The notes under the pieces were generated by a model. The model did not search any database. It worked only from the letters and a program-made list of their open reading frames with translations, and was not told the origin of the DNA. From positions 46,819,140 to 46,883,139 of the forward strand of contig JARDVH010000121.1 of assembly GCA_030324005.1 (NCBI GenBank): a stretch of DNA of 64,000 nt. Direction: 5' to 3'. Numbering within the stretch: position 1 is the stretch's first letter; each line of letters opens with the position of its first letter. The position numbers and the translations under genes were made by a program. Shown here one piece after another: positions 1 to 12,231 of the stretch. This stretch comes from Negaprion brevirostris. Its lineage: Eukaryota.

Positions 1-1094
1 GGAGGGGGGAGGGGAAGGGGTGGGCTGAAGATAGGTCAGATGAATCAGAATTCTCTTCAGCCATTCTGAAATGGAATTTTCATGCCGAATTCATGGCATC
101 ATTGCCATGAAATTGCCATAAGCGTCCCCATGCACACAGCAGCATCAAGCTTAGCCAACGTGGCAGGGCAGATCATCATAGACTCATGAATGAAGGAAAG
201 ACTTCCGCGAGGCTGATTCGTTGTAGTGAAAGAAAATAAACATTTCATCAAAGACGTTGTAGAATTCTGTCCTTTTATAAGAAGGGCTTCCTGAACTGTA
301 GACTAAAGGCTGAATTATTGCATCCCCTTACCCTCAAGGTCTTCATTAAATGCATTCAAAATCAACCCACAACTGCTGTTTGAACTGAAAGTTAAAAGGG
401 GGAAATTCTCCCACCCCGCTGTGCTGCTTCAGCAGGTCAGGGGACTCGAGTAGAAGCTGTTTCCTGGGCTCCCTGCTGGATGCCATGGCCTTTGCGCATC
501 TCTGGCCACCGGATTTCCAGCGCTGCGGCAAAAATAGGTGCAGAGCTTTATAAAATTATTCGAATGAGAATTACCATCTCATCAGCGGCCTCGGAAAGAG
601 GCTGGTGATCAGCGAGCCAAAGATCAAGAGGAGGCGAGGGATTGAGATTGGCCCAAACATATCCAAGAGGCCAGCAATCAGGAGGGCGAGGGGTTTCCAA
701 AGCCAGCAACGCGGGGTCGGGAGGCTGACAGTGTGGGGCTACTGCATACGTGCCAATCTCCATTATGACAGATCGGTGCAAGCGCAGTGGCCCGCTCAGT
801 ACTATGCTGCCACCTCTCCAGCAAGAAGAGGCCCTGTTGCCAGATTTTTAATCAGATTCATGCTAGTGCACTCTGCAGTGCACACAGTGAGGGAGAGTCA
901 TTTTGAAAATCCTGCCAAAAAAAAAGTGCAGTTTACCACTGTTTTTACGCCAATTTGACACTTCGAATTCTTTTGGGAGAATCCTACCCAAAAAGTTTGT
1001 TGTGCTGAAAATGGTCTGCAGATCAGGCAGTATCAGCACAAAACAGATACATTTTGGACTCTTCATCAGAGTAAAAGGTGAACCAAACAACAGG

Positions 1095-1220
1095 ACATAG
1101 GAATTAGGAGCATTAATAGGCAAATGCAGCCCTTCAAGTCCGCTCCACCATTCAATCAGATTATGGCTGATCTCGCCCTCGTCTCAAATCCACCTCCCTA
1201 CCTGCTCTCAATATCCCTTT
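1095..1220 (-). mobile_element. CR1-type LINE 3' tail fragment
   Basis: acataggaattaggagc...cagcccttcaagtccgctccaccattcaatcagattatggctgatct is the reverse complement of a CR1 3' UTR; similar copies at 21370-21530 and 51590-51740. Confidence 0.6.
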
Positions 1221-1555
1221 TTATGAGAAAAACATTTATCTCAACATGAATTAATGCCCAATCTATTATCCAAATAATTATAGTAAAGAAAGACCTTCAA
1301 TAAATTTTCATCGGCGTAATTAACATTTTATTAAAAAATCTCTCAGTACTGGGATCCAAGGCTTCTGGGGCATTGTCAAGTGAATGATGGTTATAGCATA
1401 GAAATTAGATTATCACCTTCCAAGAGTGAAATCACTGACATGCTGGCACATCCACAAAACAAACAACTCCAGTAAACCCAAGGCCAATGATAGAATAAAG
1501 TGCAAAACACCCAGTTGTCTTTGAAGCATCCAGCACTGGACTGATTGGCTGGGGT

Positions 1556-2097
1556 GATATTTCTCAAAAGACGAAGGAAATTTGGCATGTCAGCTATGAC
1601 TCTCACCAGCTTTTACAGATGCACCATAGAAAGCATTCTTTCTGGTTGTANNNNNNNNNNNNNNNNNNNNNNNNNNNNNNNNNNNNNNNNNNNNNNNNNN
1701 NNNNNNNNNNNNNNNNNNNNNNNNNNNNNNNNNNNNNNNNNNNNNNNNNNNNNNNNNNNNNNNNNNNNNNNNNNNNNNNNNNNNNNNNNNNNNNNNNNNN
1801 NNNNNNNNNNNNNNNNNNNNNNNNNCCACCTTCTTCCAGCAAGTTAAAGATTCATAAGTCTGAAGTCATGTACAAACCGACTCAAGAACAGCTTCTTCCC
1901 TGCTGCTATCAGGCTTTTGCATGGACTTGCATTGCATTAAGTTGATCTTTTTCTACACCCTAGCTATGACTGTAACACTACATTCTGCACTCTCTCCTTT
2001 CATTCTTTATGAACAGTATGTTTTGTCTGCATAGCACGCAAGAAACAATACTTTGCACTGTGTGCTAATACATGTGACAATAATAAATCAAATATCA
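1556..2097 (+). mobile_element. Rex1/Babar-clade LINE, 3' fragment (contains gap)
   Basis: Encodes RKFGMSAMTLTSFYRCTIESILSGC (Rex1 ORF C-terminal motif); ends in tgtgacaataataaatcaaa. Confidence 0.8.
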
Positions 2098-3337
2098 AAG
2101 GAAGGAAACCGAGTAAAAACACAATCACAATTGCCATTCAACTTGTTTGAAATTAAAAAAGATTTTACAGTTTGATTCCCAATACCCAATGTTTATGTGC
2201 TTCTTTAATCCAATAAGGCATTGGAATTTACCAGTGCATTCATAGGGTGCTTATCACAATGTCATGATGACACGTCAAGCCTAAAAATGGGCTGTCTGCT
2301 GTCTTAATCAGTGGCCATCGAAAGAAACAATAATTTAAAAAATAAACTACCTTTTATCGCTTAGGTGAGTTTCCTCATTCACCTCAAAATGGAGTTAAAG
2401 CCCCTCAAATTAATTTTGCTATTGCATCTTCATGTACTTGGGCAAATCAGCTTTGAAGATTGACAGAAAACCAAGGATAAAGCAATCTGTTAAACATAAA
2501 TTGGAAGAGAATATAAAAGTAATGGAGTCTTTTCTGTTTGTAAAATTAAAGATAAAGGAGGAACAGATTCATTCTTTCACCCTGACAGTGTTTGTGTTAT
2601 GCAGTATATCAATGAAATGAGTCATCCCGCAAGTACGATGATGATTCAGACATTGCTTAGTACTTGATGATTGAGAGGAAGTGCAATTTACCGTGACCAC
2701 TCTTATCAAATTCAGAAATGTAAACTATCTGACTCAAGAGATACTAAGAATAAACTGCCTTCATTAACTAACACTTTCCAGGCTTGAAAAGCTTTGCGAT
2801 CTTTCCTTCATAAAAGGACAAGTTGCATAAATTCTTCTGTTTTTGATTTTCAAGAGCCTTGTTTTAAGTTACGCATCACACTGACATCAAGTATGAATTT
2901 CCTGGCACAATTTCTTTCTGAATCAGCACTACCCACTTACTGCTGAGTTCCGCTGTGACTAATCAGACACTAATAAAACGTTTGAAATTCAGGAAGTAAA
3001 CACAACAGTATATTTTACTACAGCCAGAAAAACAAAACTGATTCATCATATTCACGTTTCATAAATTTTTTTTTGTTCACAATGTAGTGCTCACTCTATC
3101 CTGCTTCCTGCTTGTTAAGACGGCGCATCACCACAGACCAGATGGGATTGGCCTTGGTTGTGTTTTCCATTCCCCAAACACCCACAAATATTCTTCCTTC
3201 CCTCTGCAGGTGATCATTCTTGCTAGTGTAGAGTTCAATTGGCATGCATAGCCCTTGGCCATCTGAATATTCTTTCTCGGCCAGCCAGCCCACAGAGCGC
3301 AGGCTGTTCAGCGTCAGTGATCACCATGGCTAACCAC

Positions 3338-3631
3338 GATTCACACAATCCCAACAGTGCAGAAAGAGGCTATTCAACTCTCAAGCCGGCACTGATAACA
3401 ATCCTACCCAGACCCTATCCCCATAGCCCCATGTATTTACCCTGCTAGCGTTCCTGACATGAACGGTCAATTTAGCAATCAACCTAACCCTCACATCTTT
3501 GGAGTGTGGGAGGAAACCCATGCAGACATGGGGAGAACATGCAAACTCCATGCTGACAGTGACCAGAGGCTGGAATTGGACCTGGGTCCCTGGTGCTATG
3601 AGGCAGCAGTACTAATCACTGTGTCACCGTG
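3338..3631 (-). mobile_element. HE1-type V-SINE (CR1-type tail)
   Basis: tRNA-derived head, V-domain (gtctgcatgggtttcctcccaca on minus strand), CR1-like tail. Confidence 0.8.
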
Positions 3632-4249
3632 ATTCTTTCCTCCATCAATGTCTATACAGGACTATACAGGAGAAACACAGAAAAGACTTAACTGCTGTTT
3701 CAGAGTGCCACGTGGCAAATTGATGTTAAAGTGAAACAAAAGATACTAAGGGTAATAGGAGGACCTGGCAACAGTTGTGATAGAAAACTACAATATACAA
3801 TACAAATACCTCTAAATTGCCAGGCACAGAGAGAATACAATATTCATGAAAGGTATGNNNNNNNNNNNNNNNNNNNNNNNNNNNNGGAGATAGGTTAGTG
3901 TTGTGTGTTAATAACCTCTTTAGTAAAACAGAAAAATAATCCTGGTTGAGATAAAATGTTGCTTAAACTGGACAAAAGATGAAACGAATGCTAGCGATAG
4001 GTCGACTTGGCACTCTTGCAGCAGAAGGAAGACAGCTGGTTTTCAGAAGAGATAAAAGTAAGCAAAAATAGGGAAGTTCTCTTGGGAACTTCAATCAACC
4101 AAATATAAATTGGGAATACCCAAGTGCTGTGGAGTATCAACTGGTAACCATAATGCAGAACTGAACTGTAAGGGAAGCCACAAAGTGCACAGCTCAATGC
4201 ATTAACTGTATAATCTCAGGCAAAAAGGTGGGAACCCTTACTTTAAATT

Positions 4250-4545
4250 CTTTCAGCATCCACTCTGTCAAGACACCTCTTCAACGAGATCTACTCTCAT
4301 TTTCTAAACTCCCCTCGATACAAGCCCAACTTATTCCAACCTTTCCCCTTAAAATATCAGCCAGTCAAGTGAATCTTTTCTGAACTGTATCAAATGCATT
4401 TATGTCCTTTCTAAGAATCAGAAGACCAAAACTGATGTGGCCTCATCATTACAACTATAGCAAAACATGCCCTTGTCATATTCCATTCCTCTTGCAACAA
4501 ACACCAACTTGCCTTTCTAACCACTTGTTGTACCTGATTACAACT
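4250..4545 (-). mobile_element. Degraded CR1 LINE fragment
   Basis: Resembles reverse complement of CR1 RT C-terminal region (gaccaaaactg..., ttgcctttctaaccacttgttgtacctg). Confidence 0.45.
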
Positions 4546-4549
4546 ATTT

Positions 4550-4890
4550 ACAAGACTCACCAGTGATAATCAGCAAGAGGTTTCCTTGCCAATGTTTAAC
4601 CTCATACCATTAAACTTTATGGGGTCTGCAGTCATTGTTGAGGACTCCCTCCTGACTGCATATCAGCGTGCCGCCACCTCTGGTGGGTCTATCCTGCTAG
4701 TGTGACAGGACATACCCAGGGATGATGATGTCTGGGACAATGTGAGCTACGATTCCATGAGTATGACTATGCCAGACTGCTGTGTGACAAGTCTGAGAGA
4801 CAGCTCTCCAATTTTGGCACAAGTCCCCAGATGTTAATCAGGAAAACAGTGTCAACAGGGCTGGATTTGCTGTTGCCAATTCCAATGCCT
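4550..4890 (-). mobile_element. L2/CR1-clade LINE fragment (endonuclease-side)
   Basis: gtgccgccacctctggtgggtctatcctgc...gacatacccagggatg...gacagctctcccaattttggcacaagtccccagatgtt, recognisable elasmobranch LINE sequence. Confidence 0.5.
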
Positions 4891-4904
4891 AGGCTGATGC
4901 AATA

Positions 4905-5160
4905 TATTCTCAAATCCCTATGGTACACGAGGCGGCCATTCAACCCATCAGCCTGCACCGACAACAATTCCACCTAGGCCCCTTCCCGTAACTTCACGCA
5001 TTTACCCAGTTAATCCCCAGACATTAAAGGGGCAATTTAGCATGGCCAATCCACCTAACCTGCACATCTTTGGACAGTGGGAGGAAACCCACACAGACAC
5101 GGGAAGAACGTGCAAACTCCACACAGTCACTGAAGGACTGAATTGAACTTGGGTCTGGCA
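4905..5160 (-). mobile_element. HE1-type V-SINE, 5'-truncated
   Basis: gcaatttagcatggccaatccacctaacctgcacatctttggac...gcaaactccacacag. Confidence 0.8.
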
Positions 5161-5164
5161 TACG

Positions 5165-5345
5165 CGTGATTCCAGACACACAGCAGCTAAGGATGGCAGA
5201 TTTCCTTTCCTGACATCAGTGAACCAGATGGATTTTTCCAACATGGTTTCAAGTCATCATTACTGGAACTAGCTTTTTTTTTTAATTCCAGATTTATTAT
5301 TGAATTTAAATTCCACCAGCTGCTCTTGTGGAATTTGAAGACAAG
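5165..5345 (-). mobile_element. Deu-domain SINE fragment
   Basis: taaggatggcagatttcctttcctgacatcagtgaaccagatgg...aattccagattt is the reverse complement of the element at 19466-19860. Confidence 0.65.
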
Positions 5346-5639
5346 TTTTTAAAACAATCGACAGTGGTTTCCAAAGGACAAGGAAGCTCCTTAATTTGCA
5401 TACCAAAATGCAAAACCTCGCATTCAAATTAATTTTAACAGATACATCCATTCTTCACATTTATTAATATCTTTCTGTATTTTGGTGCAGAAACAGGCCA
5501 TTCGGCCCACTTGTCTATACTGGGTATTTACATACCACACAATCCTCCTATTCCATCTGCCTCATCTCAGCATTTCAGCACACCTTCCTACTTCCTTTCT
5601 TTTCAAGCACTCACCCAATCTTTTTTTAAAGCACCGAAG

Positions 5640-5820
5640 CTGATCATTGTACTTGGAGGTCAACCATCTTAGTTCCAGGGTGTCACTGCAGAATTCTTCA
5701 GGGGAATGTCCTCAGTAAAATCATCTTCAGCTGCTTCATCAATGACCTTCCTTCCAGCTTACAGCCAGAAGGGGAGATGTTTGCTAACAATTGCACAGAT
5801 GTTTTAACACCATTCACATC
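5640..5820 (+). mobile_element. L2/CR1-clade LINE RT fragment
   Basis: cttcagctgcttcatcaatgaccttcc...gagatgtttgctaacaattgcac matches 9500-9570. Confidence 0.6.
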
Positions 5821-6119
5821 TCAACTATTCTGTTCTATTCTAATCTAAAGTAATATCTTTCTATTTTCCGACCGGACTTATTGGGAACTATCTTGCACGT
5901 ATGGCGCTTCATTTTGGATTCTCCCACAAATTGAAACATCCTCTCTACAATTACCTCGTCATAATCATTCCTAAATTTGAACAGGTTATTTCTTTTCTAA
6001 AGAGAAATTGCCCAATTTGTTTAATCTTGCTTGATGAGAGTAACATCTCAGTTCTGGTACTATCGCTGCAAATTTTATTTTGCATGCTTGTTTTCTCATT
6101 CGCTTAAACGTGACCTAAG

Positions 6120-7112
6120 CTATCACCAAATGCTGTCTCTTAAAGAAGGGTTGTAGAAATAAGCCCGGGATCTACAGGCCAGGTGAGTCTCACATCAGTA
6201 GTGGGGAAACTATTTGGAGAAAATTCTGAAGGAGAGGATCTATCTCCACTTGGAGAGGCATGGTTTGAACATGGATAGTCAGCGTGGCTTTGTCAGAGAG
6301 TGGTCATGCCTAACAAATTTGCTTGAATTTTTTTGAGCAGGTGGCCAGGCATGTAGATGAGGGCACAGCAACCGATCTAGTTGATGTAGATTTCAGCAAA
6401 GACTTTGACAGGGTTTCATCATGGGAGACTCAAAGAAGGCAAATACACATGGAATACAGGGTATTTGGTAAAGGTGGATTCAAAATTGGCTTAGTTGTAG
6501 GGCACCGAGGGTGATGACAAAGGCCGGTTTAATGCCAATGTCCAGTGATGTACCACACGGACTTCTGCTGGATCTCATATTATATAAAATGGCAAAATGA
6601 TCACGTGTGGGGTAGGATTAACAAATTTGGAGATGACAAAGATTGGCTGGGTGGTTAACAGTGAGGCAGAATGCCTTGGGCTGCAGGAAGAAATGGGGAG
6701 GGGATGGTCAAATAGGGGGATAAGTGGCTGATGGAAGTCAACCCTGAAAAGTGAGAGATGATGCACTTCGAAGGAGTAATGTGACAAGGAAGTGTTCAAT
6801 GAACGGCATGACACTAGAAAGTCTGAGGAACAAAGGGACCTTGGTGTGTTTATCTGTAGATCTCAAAGCGGAAGGGTACGTTAGTAGGGCAGTAAGAAAG
6901 ACATATGGCACACTTGCCGTCTGGGAGGGTGGTGGAGGCAGGTTGTATCACACCTTTTACAAAGTATCTAGATAAGCACTTGGCACGTCATAACATTCAA
7001 GGCTATGGGCCAAGTGCTGGTAAATGGGATTAGGTGGGAGTTCAGGTGTTTCTCACATGTCGGAGCAGACTCGATGAGCCAAAGGGCCTCTTCCGTGTTG
7101 TATGATTCTGTT
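6120..7112 (+). mobile_element. CR1/HER1 LINE 3' portion, degraded RT
   Basis: Translates to NFFEQVARHVDEGTATDLVDVDFSKDFDRV (CR1 RT 'DFSKAFD' motif); tail gcagactcgatgagccaaagggcctcttccgtgttgtatgattct. Confidence 0.85.
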
Positions 7113-8449
7113 GCATTTATAGAGTTGGAGATATACTTGAATTGCAGAGGAGGGCTGTGGTTCAATCACAAATGCTAAAAACTTAAGAGCACAGCAAAAG
7201 AAACTGTCGCTTTGTATATATCAACTCGTGGAAAAGTATTTACAATTCAGCGAAAGAGTTCAGCAGTTATATGGTTAAGATTACTGCTGTGCTTCAAGGC
7301 AATTAGAAACATCAGCAGAAAATGACTGTGCAATTCACAGGGGAAAGAGTGAACCGAACGGACTTCCACTCAGCATAAAAATTAGGAGGGAAAGAACAAA
7401 ATGGGAAGTGTTTAACGCAGCTTGCCGCACCTTGCAATTCACCGCTGGTCTCATCTCTTCTCCTGAAGTTTCTTTTAACAGATATGCAACTTTTTCATTG
7501 GAGCATGCCGGCTAAATACTTTGGCAAGCACCATCGCGGCTTTTATTTTTGATCAGCGTGGTATTGTTTGTGCTTGGAGCAGCTGGTTGATGATTACATA
7601 GCTGGGCACGGGTTTGCAGATTGAGACATTTGTCACTGATTGGATCCAGCCCAACTTTACAATCTTCTCCATATCCGCACTGCTCAATTCTGGCGATAAA
7701 GAAACAAGATTTCCGTTTCCCTGGAGAATGCTTCTGCTTTGTCCTTAATCACCTCTGGGCTGAGCTACAGTCATCATCGTCTTGGGTGCGAGGAGTTCAC
7801 TGCAGTTGTGCCCTTTTAAGGTCTCCAATTACATCCCCTACATCAGTGAGAACACGGACTTGCGGTGGCGCAAGCAGCCATGAAGTGGGGAACCCCACAA
7901 CGTTTAGCAATTGCTGGCGCGTAAAACTTTAATTGCAGCACTTAGAAATTTCCTTTGTGTACAATGCCAACCTAAACAGTGTCAATCACCCTGCTCATTT
8001 ATCCTTTTATCTTCTGATGCCTAATGCAATTTCCATACTAGATATCAACCAACATTACAGTATTGCCTTTCTCAAATATAAAAATAAACTACAATGCGGC
8101 GCTCCAGGGAAGAACAAAGCATGCTGCTTTATGCAACAACCCAATTACTCCTTGCAGCCAGCTGTGTTCTCCCCTGAGCTGCACATCTGTTTCATTAAAT
8201 GTACCAAAATGTGTTTTGGAAAAAAACAAAACTTTACACCAATCACTTGTGCAAAAATGTTTTCAAATTATGAATTGTTTTTTGTTTATTTTAGGAAATT
8301 TTTTTTTATTATTGCCTTTTGACAGACATCTTACGTAAACAGTTTGCAGCTAAAACATTCTGGCAAACATTCAGGGAGTGTACGCTTTCTGTGATTCAAG
8401 GTGGAGAATCCCACTTAATTCTTGCACTGAAATATATATGGGTAGATGA

Positions 8450-8630
8450 CCTGCACGAGCAGATGGACGTGCATATACAGATATACATGCACACATCTGC
8501 ACACGCGCACATGGACATGCATATAGATATATGCACACACACACACATGCATACATATCTGCACATGTGCACATGGACATGCATAGACAATTATATGTGC
8601 ATAACACACATACACATGCACACAATACAA
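8450..8630. repeat. (CA/TA/TG)-rich alternating purine-pyrimidine simple repeat
   Basis: gcatatacagatatacatgcacacatctgcacacgcgcacatggacatg... Confidence 0.85.
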
Positions 8631-9299
8631 AGATATGGCAATCAACTTTGAGGCACTATGGTCAATCCAGGAGTGTACACAATTCTAAAACTTGAGACAT
8701 TTATGAGTTTCACTATATTGGTGAACATTTCCTGACTTCTGATAAGTAGAAATGTGTATGCAACTGTCCATTAATGGCAGAGCAAATTGGAGGGCAGGAA
8801 AGGGTAACAGCACTCGAAGTCAGCAATGTGAATTGTCAATTTTATTACGGCTGCTAGCAACTTGAACCAGATTTCCAAGCAGCATTAATGAAGGGGCCAT
8901 TTTACAATGACCCTGCTGAGCTACTGCTCTTGCCATTAAAGGCGACTGATACCAATTCTGCCGAGCCAACATCAAGGAAGCCGTTTTACAGGAACTAATG
9001 TATTACATGAGCACTGCAATAATGGTTTTACTGTACTTCAGGCTGCAATTCAAGGCAACGCTGTGATTGAAATACTCTGAGGTTTCATCTCTCAGCTGAT
9101 TGCTCATTCTGAATTAATGCATTCTCACATCTTTATGACTTAAACACAGGCTTCCTTCAAATTTGTGAAATATCTACAGCAATTACTCAATTTACCCAAC
9201 TGTAGATTGAGTAATATAAAATGACTTTTTGAAAGCAGTAGTACAAAGCTTTTTATCAGACAATTGATTTCACTGATCATCATGACTGGATGAGGCGAG

Positions 9300-10470
9300 A
9301 CTGACTGGCCCTGGTATCATGCAACTTTTAGCCCAATGTAGTCTCATGCAGCCCGAACAAAACTGGAGTCAGTGGGGTTCAAAGGAAAACTCTCCATTGG
9401 CTGTGGTCATATCTGACACAAAGAAAGATTGGGGTGGTGGTTGGACATCAATCATCTGAGCTCCAAGGCGTCATTGCAAGAGTTCCTTAGGTACTGTCCT
9501 CCGCTGCTTCATCAATGACCTTACTTCCGTCATAAGATCAGAACAGGAGATGTTTGCTGATGACTGCGCAATGTTCAGTACCATTTACAACTCCTCAGAT
9601 ACTGAAGCTGTCCACGTCCAAATGCAGCAAGACCCAGACAACATCCAGGTGCATACTGACAGGTGGCCCCGAAGTGTCAGGCAATGACCATCACCAACGA
9701 GTGAGGATCTAACCATTGCCCTTTGACATTGTGACATTAACATCTTTGAAACCCCCACCATCCACATCCTGGTGGTTATTATCAACCAGAAACTGAACTG
9801 GACCAGCCATTCTGCAACAAGTAACGTACTTCCTGACTCCCCAAAGCCTGTCCACCATCGACAAGTCACAAGTCAGGAGTGTGGTGGAATACTCTCCACT
9901 TGCCTGGATGAACAAAGCCCAGCTCCAAAAGCATCCAAGACGTTTGACACCATCCAGAACAAAGCAACACGCTTGACGGGCAGTCTATCACTGATGTACA
10001 ACAGCATCAGTGTCTGCCATCCACAAGATGCACTGGAGCAACTCACCCAAGCCCCTCCAACAGCACCTTCCAAACATGACCTCTAATACCTAGAAGGACA
10101 CGGACTGCAGTTGTATGGGAACATTCCCACCTGTAAGTTTCCCTTCTCTATGCCATTCCTTGACTAGCACTGGTTCAAAATCCTNNNNNNNNNNNNNNNN
10201 NNNNNNNNNNNNNNNNNNNNNNNNNNNNNNNNNNNNNNNNNNNNNNNNNNNNNNNNNNNNNNNNNNNNNNNNNNNNNNNNNNNNCTTGACTATCACTGGT
10301 TCAAAATCCTGGAACTCCCTCCCTAACAGCACTATGGGTGCACCTACACCACACGGACTAGAGATTCAATAAGCTGGCTCATTGCCCTTGAGAAGGTGGC
10401 AATTAGGGTTGGGCAGAAAATGGTGGCCTAGCCAGCAACACCCATATCCCATGAAACAATCTTTTTTGAA
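9300..10470 (+). mobile_element. L2/CR1-clade LINE 3' ~1.1 kb, degraded (partner of the Deu-SINE)
   Basis: RT motifs (FINDL..., MFADD) and 3' tail ggcaattagggttgggcagaaaatggtggcctagccagcaacacccatatcccatga. Confidence 0.75.
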
Positions 10471-10689
10471 AACCATGATTTCGAAATCAATCTCAACCTT
10501 AAATAGTTAGAAGAACCAGATTATTAATAGGCCTGGGCAAGTTTGATTTAGTTATGCCATTGGGCATCAGAAATCAAGATCACATGCTGGGCTGGAAAGG
10601 ATAGAGAAAAGGAGTGGGGACAAGGCCAGGGACAATAAAGGAGGAGCAGAATTGGGCAATAGCCTTCAACGGCCGTGTGGGTTGAAGGT

Positions 10690-11460
10690 AATAATCTGGA
10701 TTCTTACCGGAGCCACAAACAAATTGGCACAGGGGGAAAAATAAAACCAATGAGTTGAAAGCATAGCTCACAGACTAGAGTCTAAGAAGTGGACTTTGAC
10801 TCACGTGGTACTGGCACCAGTACTGGGAAAAGAGGGAGCTGCATCACTGGGATGGTCTTCACCTGAACCACGCTAGGTATAGTGGCAAATCACGTAACTG
10901 AGGACGTGGAGAGGACCTGGGCTTAATAGTAGGGATGAGGGTTCAAGACAAGAGATTGGAAAGATAAAGAGAAACCCAGGGTAGTGATACGGGGTAACAA
11001 TAATCAAATTGTGACAGGAAGGCACAGAATGTACAAACTGCAGCAGCAAATAATCTCAGGTTTGGGTAAACTGGTAAAAAGACAAAATTGAATCTTCTTG
11101 ACCTGAATGCCTACAGCATTTGGAATGAGATAAATGAATGGATGACAAATTGAGATAAATAAGTATGATATGTTACCACTCTACAGACACGGTTCTCAAG
11201 GTGATCANNNNNNNNNNNNNNNNNNNNNNNNNNNNGGGCATTTTAGAATGTCAAGCAGCAAGGAAAAAGAGTGGGGTAGCTCTGTTAATCAAGGGTGATA
11301 TCAGTACAGTGTTGAGAAATGATATTGGTTCACAGGGTCAAAATGTACAATCAGGTTGCAGACATAATAAATAGGTTATGGGGACAGGCAGCAATCCAAT
11401 CAGCCACAAACTTATCAAGTGGGGGCATACAATGGAATGGCCTACTCCTGCTCCCCATTT
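10690..11460 (+). mobile_element. CR1 LINE remnant: ORF1 end / ORF2 endonuclease start joined to 3' tail
   Basis: WDGLHLN (ORF1 esterase-like) at ~10848; LNAYSI (LNARSI-like) at ~11103; GVALLIK at ~11273; tail aatggcctactcctgctcc. Confidence 0.6.
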
Positions 11461-11659
11461 CTCAGGATCTTAGTAAAGATCAAACCATCTTATTCCTAAA
11501 AATTTCACTTGAGTTGAGGAGAAAAACTAGATTCTCACTGATACCCAATAGGAGGGCAGGGAGCCCTGAGGAGAGAAATATAACATACCGTAGGCCACAA
11601 ATCTTACTTTATCACACTCTTAGGTTTAGCCATGCATGGGTAAAGGCAGGGAATGCGGT

Positions 11660-11980
11660 TGTTAGTATTTTACTATCAGATAAAGTTGACAACATTTTAA
11701 TGGTGATGGAGGTGAGCTTGGGAGTGTCACAGAAGGGGTTGGTACATAAGGGGTTAACGCAGGGCTGAGTGCAGTATCACCCACCTGTCAGAAGGCACCT
11801 GGCCCAGAGTCAGTCTGGAGATGGACATAGTTGGGTTAAGACCTAGAATGGGGTCAGCTTTACCCCTACACCTTCTACAGTAATTATCTATATAGTTATG
11901 AGTTGCAAATAAAGACTTGCTGCGAATATACTCCAGGCTAGGAGCCTATTTCAGGATGTCCAGAGCAGGATTCTTTAGAA
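11660..11980 (+). mobile_element. Possible solo LTR
   Basis: Begins TGTTAG, internal AATAAAGAC at ~11908, ~320 bp; no TSD confirmed. Confidence 0.3.
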
Positions 11981-12231
11981 AGAGTAAATACAGCAAACAA
12001 CCTTAACACAATTAGGGTTGCGGGCTGCTCCTGAGGGAGAATAGATGTTCACACATGGAATTAGCCAAGAAAAGGAAAGCTGGAAGAAAGTCAGAAGTCT
12101 TAAGTTTACATCTACAATCCCTACAATCTCATTTCTGTGTTTACTTTCACAAATTACACTCTTATACTTCACCAATAATTCCAAAGCTTTTCCTCTGATT
12201 TCAGTTGAAGTGGAAAATAGGATCATTCTGC

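Noticed and set aside
90-111. 9-bp hairpin ttcatggca-tcat-tgccatgaa (also gtgcact-ctgc-agtgcac at ~866-883)
   Set aside because: Short stems are expected by chance in 64 kb; no supporting context
8319-8651. His/Met/Cys-rich ORFs
   Set aside because: Translation of a CA/TG simple repeat
10159-10310. Direct repeat cttgacta(g/t)cactggttcaaaatcct on both sides of a gap
   Set aside because: Most likely overlapping contig ends or haplotypes, i.e. an assembly artefact
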